A stretch of 63,098 bases of DNA, filler included, from Reticulomyxa filosa (taxonomy: Eukaryota; Protista; Foraminifera): NCBI GenBank assembly GCA_000512085.1. It is 12 parts of 12 records of this genome, joined end to end, with 100 filler letters (N's around TTAATTAATTAA, not from the genome) between each part and the next. Parts side by side here need not be neighbours in the genome. Positions count along the whole stretch, not along the records: positions 37,085 to 39,453 come from ASPP01010164.1; positions 39,554 to 40,683 come from ASPP01021328.1; positions 40,784 to 55,431 come from ASPP01003608.1; 9 more parts are not named here. One strand, written 5' to 3'. Under the pieces are notes generated by a model. That model was not told the origin of the DNA. It was given only the letters and a program-made list of their open reading frames with translations, and did no database searches. The translations under genes were made by a program, and so were the position numbers. Shown here piece after piece: positions 37,085-50,417 of this stretch (position 1 is the stretch's first letter; each line of letters begins with the position of its first letter).

Positions 37085-38654
37085 CTTCTGCTTCTGCTTC
37101 TGCTTCTTCCTGCAATTGGTGTTCCGCGTGCCGACGAACTATTGCCTCTTGCATTTGTTCCAATACTTCATTCGATTCGTCTCCTCTCACCACTTTCACT
37201 ATGCCTTCCAAATCTTTCGTTCGCTGTTGTAACTCGTCCTTTACAATCATAGACAAACAAAACTATATTTAAATAAATAAAATATAATATATGTGTATAT
37301 ACATGTATGTGTATTATAACACTAACCACATATTGTTCCGCTTGCGTTTCACTCGTCTCAAATTCGACTTGGACCACGTAGATAAGATCCCTCCAAGCAT
37401 TGTTGGACCCCACAAACTGGTCAACAAAGTCATCATCCGGAGCAACCTCCATCAGTTCCAGCGCCTCTTGTTCGCCTCGGTGTCGGTTGCGCATCACATG
37501 CTTCAGCTCCTCCACGCGCTCTTCGCGTCCCAAGTCCTTTGGCATGGGGTCATGTTCTGTGGTAAATAAATCCACACACCCTTAATGTTACATTATCAAT
37601 ACTTTATACATACATGCAAACACACATGCATACACACATATATATATATATATATACCAGGATGGAAATAGATATCGTTCAAAATCATTAGATCATAAAT
37701 TCTTCCATTTAACTCTTCAATGCATTGTTTGCAATGTGCTGACAGACCGTCTTTCGTTGTTGTGGACGTGTGTACTATGGCTTCGTCAAATGAGAAGGCC
37801 GTCGTCGTCTCGGTCTTTTCGTGCTCTTTTTCCTTTTCATCGGCGCCATTGCCCTTTTTCTGCAGCTCTGTTGCCATGCTTTCGGCCACTGCTTGTCTCA
37901 CTTTGTCGATTGCTTCTTCCCACGTTTTTGTCGCTTCTTTCAATTCGTCTACGTCTATACTTTTTCAAAAACAGTTCCAATTTCTCACTCTTTGAAATGT
38001 ATGCGTATATATTGTAGAATATAAATATAAATATAAATATAAATATAAATACATATATATATATATGTATATATGTATGTATATAAAAAGGGGGAAGCAC
38101 CAAAAGCATATTGTTCCATGAGATTGACAAATTCGTGATGTCTATGTTGCACTTGATCCAACAGCTCTTTGAAATATGTGGCATGGTTTTCCAAAGGCTC
38201 TCCTATGTAAATGTTTTGGATCGCCTGCAAGTCAGATGTTCGGTAGTGCAACTCGGTCAATAGCCGATCGATTTGTTTTTGCAAATTTTTCTTTTTATTA
38301 TTTGTAGTTTATTTAACCATCATTGTTTTTGCAATTGTTCAGCTTTTACATTGCCAACACACAACATACACACATTGAGCTACATAAATTTAAAACTTTT
38401 TTTTTCCCTCTTTACTACCTCTTCTTGGTTGTCGTTGTCGTCATCCTCTTCCATCTCGAATTCGCTCTCGTCATTTTCAATTAGTTTTAAACTGGATTGT
38501 GTTTGTTCCTGCAACGTAAAACCGCACATACATATACATATATATTGACATATCGTACAAACTTTTTTTTTCCTTGGTCGATAATAACAAAAAAAAAACA
38601 CACGTTCTTTTTTCCCCTCCTTTCTACACTCTTGCCTCCTAACTACGATTATCA

Positions 38655-38685
<31 letters not shown>

Positions 38686-39402
38686 TCGACCAATAAACAA
38701 AAGAAGAGGGACAATTGGTGTCTCACCTGTCCATACGTGCTCTCATTGGAGTTGGCAGGCTCCTGTTTCAATTCTTTTTCCATTTCCTCAAGGAAAGTGT
38801 CTATGTCATTCTCTTTGTCCAACTCCTTGCCTTGTTCTGCCGTAGGTTGCAATGTTGTGTCGACCACATTGCCGTCATCTTTCATTTCTTCCTCTTTCTT
38901 CTTATCTTTGTCTCCATCTTCATTTTCATTCCCATTGTCATTATTATCATTATCATTATTACTATTATTATATTATCATTATTATTATTATCATTATTAT
39001 TAGTATTATTAGTATTAATATTATCATCATCATCTTCTTCATCGTCAATTTGATCTCCTTCGTTATAAACCTTCACATCGGAAATGTGGACAACTACTTT
39101 TTCGCCTCGTTCGGTTTCGATACGGACTTTATGTCGTGGCTGTTTGCGCTTGGGATACACCTTCATGGTGTGCACGTCGTCCAAGAAGATGTACTTTACG
39201 ATCGCCTGCTTGTTTTTCAGCGCGTCTTTTTGTAGCCGAATCCATCTGTCTTGATGATCTTTCAGCCTCTGCAACTGCGCCAAGTAGTAGTTGCGTTGCT
39301 TGTCCAAGTCAGCCATTGCCAACTTCAATCGCTTTTTCAGCACGCGAATCTCCTGCTGCAAATTTTTTACGTGATGTGCTTCCTTGTCATCGGATGGCAC
39401 AC
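37085..39402 (-). CDS. Uncharacterised multi-exon acidic coiled-coil protein (internal fragment)
   Basis: A series of GC-richer exons (ORFs 38882-39400, 38652, 38380, 37985, 37596, 37168, 37029) separated by (TA)n-containing introns. Both ends are cut by spacers. Confidence 0.65.
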
Positions 39403-39997
39403 TTTTTTTTTTTTTTTTAATAGGAAAAAAAAATTATTTTTTTTTTTTTTTTTNNNNNNNNNNNNNNNNNNNNNNNNNNNNNNNNNNNNNNNNNNNNTTA
39501 ATTAATTAANNNNNNNNNNNNNNNNNNNNNNNNNNNNNNNNNNNNNNNNNNNNACAAGCAATAAATCAATAAATGAAATTGAAATGCTTATCAAACTTGT
39601 TGTTTGTTGAGTTACAATGGAGAGAGATGAATATTTGATAATGTGATAATTTAACGCAATTTATAAAAAACAAGTTATTCTTTTTTTACATTTTCTGAAA
39701 TCTCCACAATCAATGAAATTATTTTATAATGAACTAACTTGATTGATTTTGAAGTCTATTAATGGATGAAAAAAAATTAATAAAAATGAAAAAATTATCA
39801 TTTGAAAAACTTGTTCACCGAACTAATAATTGTTCCAAAACTGCAATTGGTTGATATGAAGAACAATGCTATAAAGTGTGAAAGAAAAGGACGTCAACAA
39901 TTTCAAACGATTGTCGAACAAGAGATGAATTATGAAATTGTGTCCTTCCCCCTTTTAAAAAATCTAAACTACTTCATCATTCCTTAACATTAACAAC

Positions 39998-40670
39998 ATG
40001 AGTAACCAAAACGTTCAAACTTTGAAGGAGTTGCGTACTCCATTTGATCAAATTCAATGTGTGTTACACAAACACAAACTCCTCATTTGTGGAGGTCTTA
40101 ATAAAAGAGCTTGTTATTCTTATCATACACTCAAAAGCGAATACAAGTTTATCTGTGAGTATCCAAGTGATGTTGAATTACATGGGCACTATGTAATGAA
40201 ACTAGTAGATAACGATAACAAGACAACAACCAAATCACTTAGTTGTCTTTTGAATCTAATTGGTATAAAAAAAATAAACATACATTGGTGATGAAATATG
40301 TAAGTATTTGGAATAATATATTAGATATATTAGATATATTAGATATATCAAACAAATCAAATGAATTCAACAATTGCAATCAATGGACTCCTTTCACAGA
40401 CAATCACAATCATCCAATTATCATTGGAAGAGAAATGATAATTATATTAGAGTGCATGCATTAATTGACGGAAGTTGGAATGGTAATAAATTCATTTATT
40501 CAAAATCAGTGCAAAAGTATTCAATACAAAAAAAAAATGGATTATATTTAAAGATATATTGCCTGTTCCATTGGGTCATTGTTTTGTGATATTGAATGAA
40601 AATAACAATCATATACATATCATTGGAGAAGGTGATAGTGGATATGGCACATCGACAAACATGAAATAAG
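39998..40670 (+). pseudogene. Kelch-like family pseudogene (paralog of the 5963-7237 Kelch exon)
   Basis: QCVLHKHKLLICGG...ACYSYHT...YKFICEYPSDVELHGH matches the 7237 gene. Frameshifts near 40225, 40435 and 40540, an internal deletion and an early stop. Confidence 0.85.
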
Positions 40671-40800
40671 CAATGTTTTTTTTNNNNNNNNNNNNNNNNN
40701 NNNNNNNNNNNNNNNNNNNNNNNNNNNTTAATTAATTAANNNNNNNNNNNNNNNNNNNNNNNNNNNNNNNNNNNNNNNNNNNNTAACATATGAGTACAGA

Positions 40801-42020
40801 CTCAAAGGCAAGATGCTGCTCGATGTACTTGTCCGTGTGAACCAGAGTGACGTGTCGATACCCCATTTCGATGGCCTTTTTTTAGGTAAAAAAAAAAAAA
40901 AAGGTTTTGATCACAGTGCTGAGTGAACCAACACCAGAACGAAATGGAAGTCTTTGTATTTGTTGGTGTTTGTATGATGATGTGTACATGCATGCTGTGT
41001 CTCATGTCTTCGCGTTGACGTACCTTTTTATCTCTTTGTTTGTTTGTTTTGAAATTAGAAACAGGAGCACGTTACAACAATCGATCCGTATATCAAAACG
41101 TCGATGTTTATCTCTACTTTGTTCCAAACCAGTTTTGTGACTTTCTTTCTCTGTTCTGCTGCTATCGTGTATTTGTTTGTTTGTTTTTTTTTTTTTAAAA
41201 AAAAATAAATAAATAAATAAACAGATGGATAATAGGCCATCGAATTGGGGACATTCGAACGTACATAGCAAAAATCGAGTCCAATGCTCTTCGACCCGAT
41301 TTGATAGGTGGACGAGAGAAAAAGGAAGAAAAGTGGCAATGGTCCAGCCAATTGGCAAATGCAAAGGGCGCGAGTCATGTCGGCATATCTGTGGTCAATC
41401 GACACGGCCTTCCCTTTCATTTGTCCTATCATTCGACCAAAAGGACCAATCTACTCGCCATTTTGCCAAACCAAGTCCATATGCCTCGCTTGACTTTGGG
41501 CACACTTGGACTGACTGATGAGTTTGCTTTGTTTATTTATGTATATTCATTTATGTATTTATGTATTTATTTATGTATTTATTTATGTATTTATTTATTT
41601 ATTTATTTATATATGTTTTTATAAATAAATGAAAAAAAAAGAATGTTCCAAGAATCACTGAAACTAGGCTATCGCGCATTTGACATTGGATGCAAAGATC
41701 AATTGGACGAATCTGGCAATCGCTATTTGCCATTGCCGCGGATCGCTCAAGTGTTCAAACAGTACCCACGCACAACCTTATTTCTGTCCACGCGCATTCC
41801 CGCGGTGCACCACGGATACCATAGTGCTATCGCCAACTTCATGTCGCAGCTGGAAGTCCTCGGGACCAATTACATTGACTTGGTGTTTGTCGATGGCACG
41901 TCTTGTCCGGCGTATGCACAATGCGAAGGCACTTGGTTAGATACTTATCAAGCGTTGGAGCATCTCTACAGTTAAATTGTAAGAGTGGTATGAATTATGA
42001 ATGAGTACAAAATAATAATC

Positions 42021-42051
<31 letters not shown>

Positions 42052-42815
42052 TGTCAGAAAAAAGATTGATTCGAGCCATTGGTGTATCGGGATTCACGAT
42101 GAGAGAACTTACTATTTTAAACAAACACAAGCTGAAACACATTCCTTTAGGCGTGGTTCGTGGATGGCATGACCCCTTGCGCAAAGATTGGCTGGTCATT
42201 GAATGGTGTAAACATGAACAGGTTTTATATCAAACTCACAGGTTGTTATAATGTTTAATTCATTTGGAAGCAAAATTGCAAATTCCATCTTTTCTGATTA
42301 TAACAATAATTATAATAAACGTTTGAAATAAAAATGTTGTTGCTATTGATAGTGCAATGGGAGGTCGACACTTGTCCACAAAGACTATGGTTAAATCCAA
42401 TCCGTTGCTGCTTTCTCCGGTCGTCAAAGGGATTGCTCAAAGACACAGCATTTTTGCATCGGATGTGCTGATGAAATGGTACGCTTATGACAATATTGCT
42501 GTCGTTGTGCGGTCTAACAACATCCGCCATTTGCAAATTAATTTGGAAACACTTTTCTTGGATACCGTTTTAGCCAAGGAAGAAATTTATATGATCGATC
42601 GTATTGGCCAACAAACAGGCAATGGAAGCCAACAAAAAGTAGATTCCGCCTCTTCCTCACAAAGTGGCTCTGGCAAATCTGACCTTTTGGATGAGAAAAC
42701 ATTGAAACTGCAACTTTATAAATCATCAAAAGAAAATATATTTATTGTGACATTTTTTCCGTATGATGTTGCTTGTTTCGTTGCAAAACTCTCAAATAGA
42801 TCCACTTTGGTTTGA
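40801..42815 (+). CDS. Aldo/keto reductase-fold protein with extra N-terminal domain (5' truncated)
   Basis: LPNQVHMPRLTLGT, LKLGYRAFD, LFLSTR, LEVLGTNYIDLVFV, TYQALEHLY, LIRAIGVSGF, VKGIAQRH, VVRSNNIRHLQINL: AKR barrel motifs across six or more exons. Confidence 0.85.
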
Positions 42816-43998
42816 TTTTTGCTAAATTCAAACTTTGAAAGCCCACATGAAAACAACATAAACCCCAACAAAAAAGAATAAAAGTGCACTCAATAACATT
42901 TTATCTTTCCAATTACAAAAGAGAAAAGCATCATCTTCTATACCCATCTTTTTTGGTTTGTTCGATTATACAAAAAAAGAATTAGCAAAAAAATTAATTT
43001 TTGTATAACCAGTAATACTTCTGCTTCACAGATGTTTATAAAATATTAATATGAAAAAACATCTTAGTACCAGGATTTCTTCCACAAAATATTGTGCAAA
43101 GTTCAATTGATTAATTGACAAAAAAAAATTGTATACATAAATGGCGCCTCTATGAAGAAAATTGATTTTCTCCATGAAAAATAAACACTTTAACTAATTT
43201 TTTAAAAAATATCTGCAAAATCTTTAAATATAAAATTTTTCTTTTTTGCGTTTTCAAATATAGCTTTCTGAAATGAATTGATTGCGGTGCTAAAAAGAAA
43301 ATGCTAAGTTTAAAAGATATTTTATTAGTACGAATTTGAGTTCCAAACAAGAAACAAAAGATTTAAAAATTTCATCTTGTTAACACATGTTCGATTTATG
43401 TGCATTACTGCAAAATTTTCAAAAATTATGTGAAACATTATTTTAACCAGATAGAAAAAAGTTTTATAAAACCAATTTCATATTTAAAAACTACTATTTT
43501 TTAAAAAATAAGTGAAAGAAATTGAAAGAAAAATATTTTGTTATATATATTTTTATTAGATTTTTGCACAAAAAATTTTCAATTGTCGCGATCTTTAGAC
43601 TGTATGATTGGATTCACATTGCTATATTCACACAAATTTTTAATTTAGGTTTCAACAATCCATTGGACATCAATAGAAAATCGGTACGATAAAATCAAAA
43701 AATAGTTTGTTGATTTTTTGTATTTACTGGACATTTTTTGTTGGAATGATTTTTTTCAAGCCGAGAGTTTACCACAACCATTAAAAAGAGCTTATTTTTA
43801 TTTGAATTTTAACATAAAAAGCCTGTCTTACCACGAGCAGTGAGTTGTAAAATTCCTCTCTCATTAATGCAAATTATAAGTATTTGCAGGTTGGAATAAT
43901 CAATTTATGACACTTGAAGAACAACACAAATGAAAACACAACTCCAAAAAAACCCTTGGCTGTGCTGTTCTGTGGCTGTGTCTGCGCCCTTCTTCTGC

Positions 43999-44936
43999 TT
44001 AACGATATCTCCATAATTGTGTTCTCTGTCTTCGTTTCCAGTTGGAGCGTACAGAAGGTCTCTTTTTGTGTGCCAAGTGGCCTTTTCTGCGTAATCCTCT
44101 GTGTTTTCGTCCGGCCGAGGTCAAGCCACGGGCTTCTCTTCGTTTGTGTTGTGCGCGACAGATCCAGTTTATTGTTGGGTCATTTTGCACTCTCTGTTTT
44201 GAAGTGTATTTGCAAAAAACAATTGTCATTGTGATTATTCGATTATCAGTTTAAAAAATCCCCACATAAAAAATAGGTATGAAAAAGTGCGATTTATCGT
44301 TACAAAAAAAAGCAAAAAAAAAGAAAAATCTGTTTGAGTAAATGTAATACCTTGTGTCGTGGATCAACCAATATGACTTCATACCACTTGTAGGAACCGT
44401 CTTCAGTGACATGGTAACTGTTTAATACGCGCAAGTTTGCTGCGATTTTTCCTACCCGTTCTTCTGCAATGCTTCGCAAATTTTTCGTATTTTTGAGTTG
44501 GTTAATACCCTAATGCAAGAGAAAACAAAAAACAAATAAACATACCATCATCCAACATCTTGTTTTCTCTTCTCCTCCTCACATTTGTTTTTTTCTTTTT
44601 GTAACAAAACTTGGTTCGCTGGTTTTCCATAAACGACACCTTTGCGGTTTGGTCTTCTTCGACCACCTCTTTTAACACGAACACGATATACTACAAAGCC
44701 AGGAACTCGTTTGTATCCCAACATGTGAGCCTTGTCAGGGCGTGTTGGTCGAGTTGTACGGTGAACTCGTGGCAATTGACGATAATTCCATGCTCGAATG
44801 CGTTTCAGGAAACGCAAAACATCGCTTTGTTTCTTTTTCCATAATTCACTTATGTATTTGTAGCCACCTGTTACAACCACATTTGTTTACACCACCATAT
44901 TGTTCAACAAGAAAAAAACTTCTATACTTAACCCAT
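43999..44936 (-). CDS. RPL15: 60S ribosomal protein L15 (eL15), 4 exons
   Basis: MG|[20 protein letters not shown]...[11 protein letters not shown]...YGKPANQ|GINQLK...AEERVG...LRVLNSY...VILVDPRHK|[12 protein letters not shown]...[12 protein letters not shown]...QLWRYR*. Confidence 0.97.
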
Positions 44937-46300
44937 GTTTAATTAAAAGAACACTCACGTATCAGCTTTGATTGCACTGATATGACCCAAGAGTGCAAAT
45001 ACAATTGAATTTTTTTAGTCTTCTCCTTGTTCGGGCAACTACAACAAAGCCGAAAAACACATTCATTTGCCAGTCTTTGTGTTCACCAAATTTTTTAAAT
45101 TTCAAATAATTTTCTTTTCCAATTTTCAAGTGAACAATTGAAATATGCCAAGATATTTTTTCAGTTTCTGCTTATTACTCTTTTGGCTTTATGTTTATGC
45201 TACCTTGCAAGAGAAACTAAACTTATAAAATTTTATATTTTGTGGACAAAGCAAATCATTCTGATAGAATTTGTAGATAAATATAACGTGTAAAAAGAAC
45301 TGTTGAACGACAGCAAAAAAAATTTGCAGAAAGCCCCTTTTCTCTCTTATCAACAGTTGCTGTAGACAAAGCTTTTTCTTTGCGTTGCTTGCTTTAGATT
45401 AGTCCCATTATCATCTACCTAAGTAAATTCAACGTTTGGTTTATTAAGAAGTGTGTATCACTCGTATTACAGTTTTTTAAAGTGACTTCAAGAATCCTTT
45501 TAAAATCAATTTTTTGATTGAGTGTCTCTTTTTGTCGCGTGAACATGCTCGTTTTATTGGCTTACATCAAGCAGAAAGTGAGCTAGAAAAGAGATTCCAT
45601 TGCCTTTTTTCAATTACTTTTTCAAAATCTTTTTAAATTCACTGCAAAGTGTAAGACAAGGAAAAAATTTTATGTTGTTCTCGTCAACAAAAGTTTTTTC
45701 TTTTGTTTTGCAAGAATACAAACTAAGACAAGTAACGAATCACGAAACAAAACTCGTTTCGGACGAATTTTTTTATAACATTGTAATTTATGAAAGAGTA
45801 TAATATTTGCTACTGCATGACAAGCCTACTGGAAGTTTGAATTTTCAAAGGCCCTTTTCAAAAACTTGCTCGGGTTGAACAAAGTTTTTTGTTTGCTGTT
45901 TCAGAGATGGAAAAGAAGATATTTTTGAATTGATTTTTTTTGGTAACATCAACTGGTTTTTCATTATCAAAAGTTGTCTTCGTACACGAATTATTAGAAA
46001 AAATTGGTGAGCTACATAATAGAAAATATCCCTACAGTTTATGGATGCTAATGTTTTTTGATTTGAAAACAAGTAGTGCAAAGAGTGAAAAAGATGCAAC
46101 AATCGGATCGAAAATTGTTTGGCACATTAACTCCAACACTTGATCCTTAACTAACAATTTTTAATTAGTTTATTTTGTGAAGGTTTAAAATTGAAAAAGA
46201 TGGAAAAGTTGCACCAACACGATATAACACAGCAACAATTCAAGTCAAATTCTCTCTAAAGACATAGACGGAGAGTGGTTCACATGCAACCAATATACTC

Positions 46301-48572
46301 TCATACCACGTGAATAGCGATGTTATGGTAACTATTTGCACAATATCCTTTTGAGTTGAAAACAATATCATGTTGACATGTTTCCGGTTGTCTGTTATGT
46401 GATTCATCAAAAGCTCGGCATAACGCACGTAATTGTTTATTATGAGATGATAAATAATCAGCAGGTATCGGAATTAAGATATCCCATTTTGTCCAATTAT
46501 ATTTTTGTCCATACCTTTCTTTGGGTTTTGAGACATCTAAATAAGTGTTATCACTATTTCTTAGTGTTGCAGCATGCCAGGTGGCACCACCGTCAATGCT
46601 AACATCTACTCGAATTATTCTACGTCCTCCTCCAGAATGAGCTTCTCCTTTGAGTGTGATTCCACCTTTCTTTTTGAGATCTTCAAGACGTAAGGTATCA
46701 CCATCATGTGGGAAAAATATTGCACTATTTACTGGGAGCTTTTACATATGTGTGCATATGTGTGCATATTATTTAATGAGTTTTTAAAAAATAAAAATAT
46801 ATCCAAAACGTCTCTAATTTCGGCTTTATCATCACTTGTCATACGATAAGATTTTTTAAAAGTTTCTGCTGGACATTCCTTCTCTGATATTACTATCTTT
46901 TGTATCCATTTCACACTGCGTGCGCCCACCCAGCCAGGTACTACTATTCTTGCCGGCCATCCATGATCATGGGTTAATGCCTCATCATTTTGTTGGTATG
47001 CAACCATAACATCCCCTGTCCACAAAAAAAAAAATTCTATCTTTATATAAAGTTATATATATATATATATATATAAGTCACATGAGTATCTAACCTCTTG
47101 GATCTATTGCCTTACTGAGTGGAATACTCACGCCATAGTTCTCCCCAGATGGGTCGGTATCTGCCCCAAAGAACCAGACGTGATATTCCTTATCACTTTC
47201 ATACAATGCTTGCACATCAATGCCCAATTTTTTGAACAAATCTCTCAGCAATACCCCTTTGAACTTTGTGTTTCCGAGTGCCCCAACGTCCCATTTGCTT
47301 CCCTTCGTCTCGCCATATTTGTCATACTCTCTACGGCGATGTCCACCGCATTGCATCAATACTTCTCTCTCCACATAAGGTAGGCGATACAAGTCGCGAT
47401 AGCTTATCCACAATCCCTCTTCTTCCTCATCTTCCTCTTCTTCTTCTTTTCTCCTCCTCCCTTTACATATACATACATTACATTAAAATACCGTTAGTAT
47501 ACGTATGGACACACGTAAGGTCTATTATTTTCTTAAAAAAAAAAAATGAATAAAAATAAAAAGAGAGAGAGAAAAAAAAAACAAAATTAAACTGATTTTT
47601 GCGACGACTGTTTGTCTTTTTTTTGGTTGACATTTTTTACACCAACGCCTTGGATTCGAATGCCGTCGTCAATGGTGAGATGCATAGGCACTCCAAAGTG
47701 ATTGCGCACGAAATGATAATTGACAGGCGTGTAACGATGATCCGACGCCAAGATTTCGATGGGAGTCTCGGCAATGAACGGCTCGTAGCTGAATGCATAG
47801 TCGTACAATTCTTTCCTCTCCTCAGATAGCTTGGGGTCCACGGCCGGAGATAGCACGTCCGCATAGATCACATCTTCAGCGCGCAGGTTGCCAACGCGAT
47901 AACGCTCGAGTATCTCGTGCACCAATGGCTGGTTGTGTTGGCCCAATTGTTTCCAAAACGACGAAATATCGTGATTGCCATATCGTGCTAACAATAGTCG
48001 AGAACGATTCCCGGGGTGTTCATCCAAAAACTTTGTTACATCGTATACACCTTCATATTATATATTACATATGCATATATACATATATGCATATATATTG
48101 TATGTGGCAATTTTTTAACTTGCCCCCCCCTTTTTTTTTTTTTGTTTGTACCGTTGAAATATGTTATCCAATAGTCATCTTCTGAAGAGTGCTTCATTAC
48201 TTCATCTCTCGAATAAATAGGTAAAGTAGATAAGCGACTGGTTCCTGCTTGCCATGACGGATTGGGCTCGTTGGGGTTCTTTGGTGTGGATCGATGACTG
48301 GTTGACGCTGACACGCTTTTGTTTTGATGCTTTTGCGGGGACTCGGCCAAGTACAACTTGCAATTTGTCGTGTCTCCACTTCTCCAAGAGATGCCGGAAT
48401 ACGAAAATGCTGTGTACCCCGTTGCTGCTGCGACCAGCGCGGCCAACGCGCTCCAGGGCGTTGACGCTGAAGATTGTCTCAACGTGGAAAAGCGATTCAA
48501 GCTGGAACCATTAAGATGTTGCCACGGGAGAACAAGCTTTCTCTTGTATACCTTAGTAAAACAAAACTGCAT
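46301..48572 (-). CDS. SUOX: Mitochondrial-type sulfite oxidase (presequence + cytochrome b5 + Moco domain + dimerisation domain)
   Basis: b5: VYDVTKFLDEHPG...GQH. Moco: FVRNH, MQCGGHRR, W..GALGN, YGVSIP, DHGWPARIVVPGWVGARSVKW. The last exon (46740-46301, missing from the ORF track) reads LPVNSAI...SGGGRRIIRVDVSIDGGATW...CRAFDESHNRQP...FNSKGYCANSYH. Confidence 0.92.
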
Positions 48573-48838
48573 AATATCGATTGTATTGGAAATGAACTTT
48601 CATCGACTAAAGAGGCCCTCTTTCGACTTTTCGAACTTCACTTGTTACTCGATTGTATGTGAAAAAAAAGTTTTTGAGAACAAATGACAATAAATTATTT
48701 TTTTGCACAAAAAATGATTTTATGTTTGGAATAATAATTAATTACTAAATCAAAATTGGCGCCACCAACAAAAAAACCCAAAAAAAAAAAGAACAACTTT
48801 GTCTTATTTAATTAAAAAATGTTTGGATAGACAATGGA

Positions 48839-49705
48839 TTATTTGGTTTGGCGTGAAATCTTTTTATACCATACTTGGTGTGTTTCTTCTAAAGCTTGTT
48901 CCAATTCACTGATCATATTTTCAATGTTTGCAAAGTCACTTTCAAACAAAATTTTCTCTGATTTAGTATGGCCAGCATGACTAACATTGCCATTGTCATC
49001 AGTTTTAATGTCAGTGACAGAAGGTGGTGTTTTTGAAGCAATTTCCAATTGACATAAAAATACAGGGTCGACCCTCCTTTGGGATGCACGGCTGGCCAGC
49101 TGGACATCCAATCTCCAGTCTAATTTTCGATAACTAGGGACTTGAATTTCGAATTGTTTCAATATCTCTCGAAGTTTGATGTGCACCTCAACGTAGGCCT
49201 ATTGTTGTCGTATTCGCACTCAAACATCCGTTTCATTGACGTAAAATGGGATGTCGAACATTGTTCGATTTGTAATTAACTGCGTGCAGAGTTTGTGAAA
49301 CTTGAGCGTTTAACCCGACCATTTCAGCAAACTGATTAAAACCACTATCAGAAATAGGTTCCACTCCGGAACTTGCAGACACGGTGAAGATCTCGGCAAG
49401 GGCACGAATGATCTTTTGTATCGCCTCAGGCTCTTGCTTTAACGACTCTGCCAATGACAACAAAGCATCATTGTCGATACCTTCAACGATAGACGACACA
49501 GCCACTTGACAAAAACGCTTTAGGGCTATTTTACAACACAATCCTTTCAAATTTCCTTGGTGCGACGATCCTCGTCACGTCTGGGCCAACTGTTCAGTAC
49601 TTTTTTCAAAAATGTAAACAATCTTTTCCACATACACTTTTGATCTAAGTTGTTGAGAAGCGAACAATCCTCCTTCAGTTTTGGATTTTGAGCCACGATA
49701 TCCAT
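48839..49705 (-). CDS. COMMD2: COMM domain-containing protein 2 (3 exons)
   Basis: MDIVAQNPKLKEDCSLL...; COMM domain PSYRKLDWRLDVQLASR matches PSYHNLEWRLDVQLASR; ESDFANIENMISELEQALEE. Confidence 0.88.
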
Positions 49706-50417
49706 TGTCAAATATGGGTTAATTTCACAAATGGGTCCCTTTCCAGGCCAAAAAAAAGACGCAGTTTTTCTTTTTTGAGAACAATTAGATCTGCTACTTG
49801 TTTGACAAATAGTTTAACTTAAACTTTTGGTTTTACATTGTATTACAAGCTTTGATATAATTAAGCCAAAGATTTATATTTAGCAATATTTAGAGAAAAG
49901 TGGCTAAAATGTTGGATTTTGAGATGATTTTGGACCTTTTCAAAAAATTGTTTTTCTTTTAATATTACAAAAAGTAAAAAAAAAATTACTATTGCAATAA
50001 CAAATAACGTCACACAAACACACAAATGCTTTTACCCGCAAATGTTTTTTCCGTTTCTCTGCCCTTTACAACGCATCAATAAACAGGGCAAAGCTTTCAT
50101 ACTCAACAATTTATGATTAGGACTTTTTGGAAAGCCTAGCTTCGCCAAAATCCAAGGTCAAATAACTGGCCGAGCTAGATTAATTCCAAGCGCCAAGGAA
50201 AAAACCAAAAATATGTGACGTTCTTCGTGATTGAAAATTTTCAGTGAACGAGAAAGATTTTCTTTCTCTTTTTTTCAGTGGTTTTGTAAAATGCCAAAAC
50301 CAAGCATTTTTTTCGTTGCCGAAGCTCGAAACTCGCGTATTAATACTTTTTTTTGCGGTTGTTTTTTTTTTGCGTGCTATGCGCACGTTTTTATATGGAA
50401 TAAAGGCCGCTGTGTGT

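Noticed and set aside
41530-41620. (ATTT/ATGT)n and (TA)n tandem repeats
   Set aside because: Ordinary intronic microsatellites, common throughout and often the cause of contig breaks.
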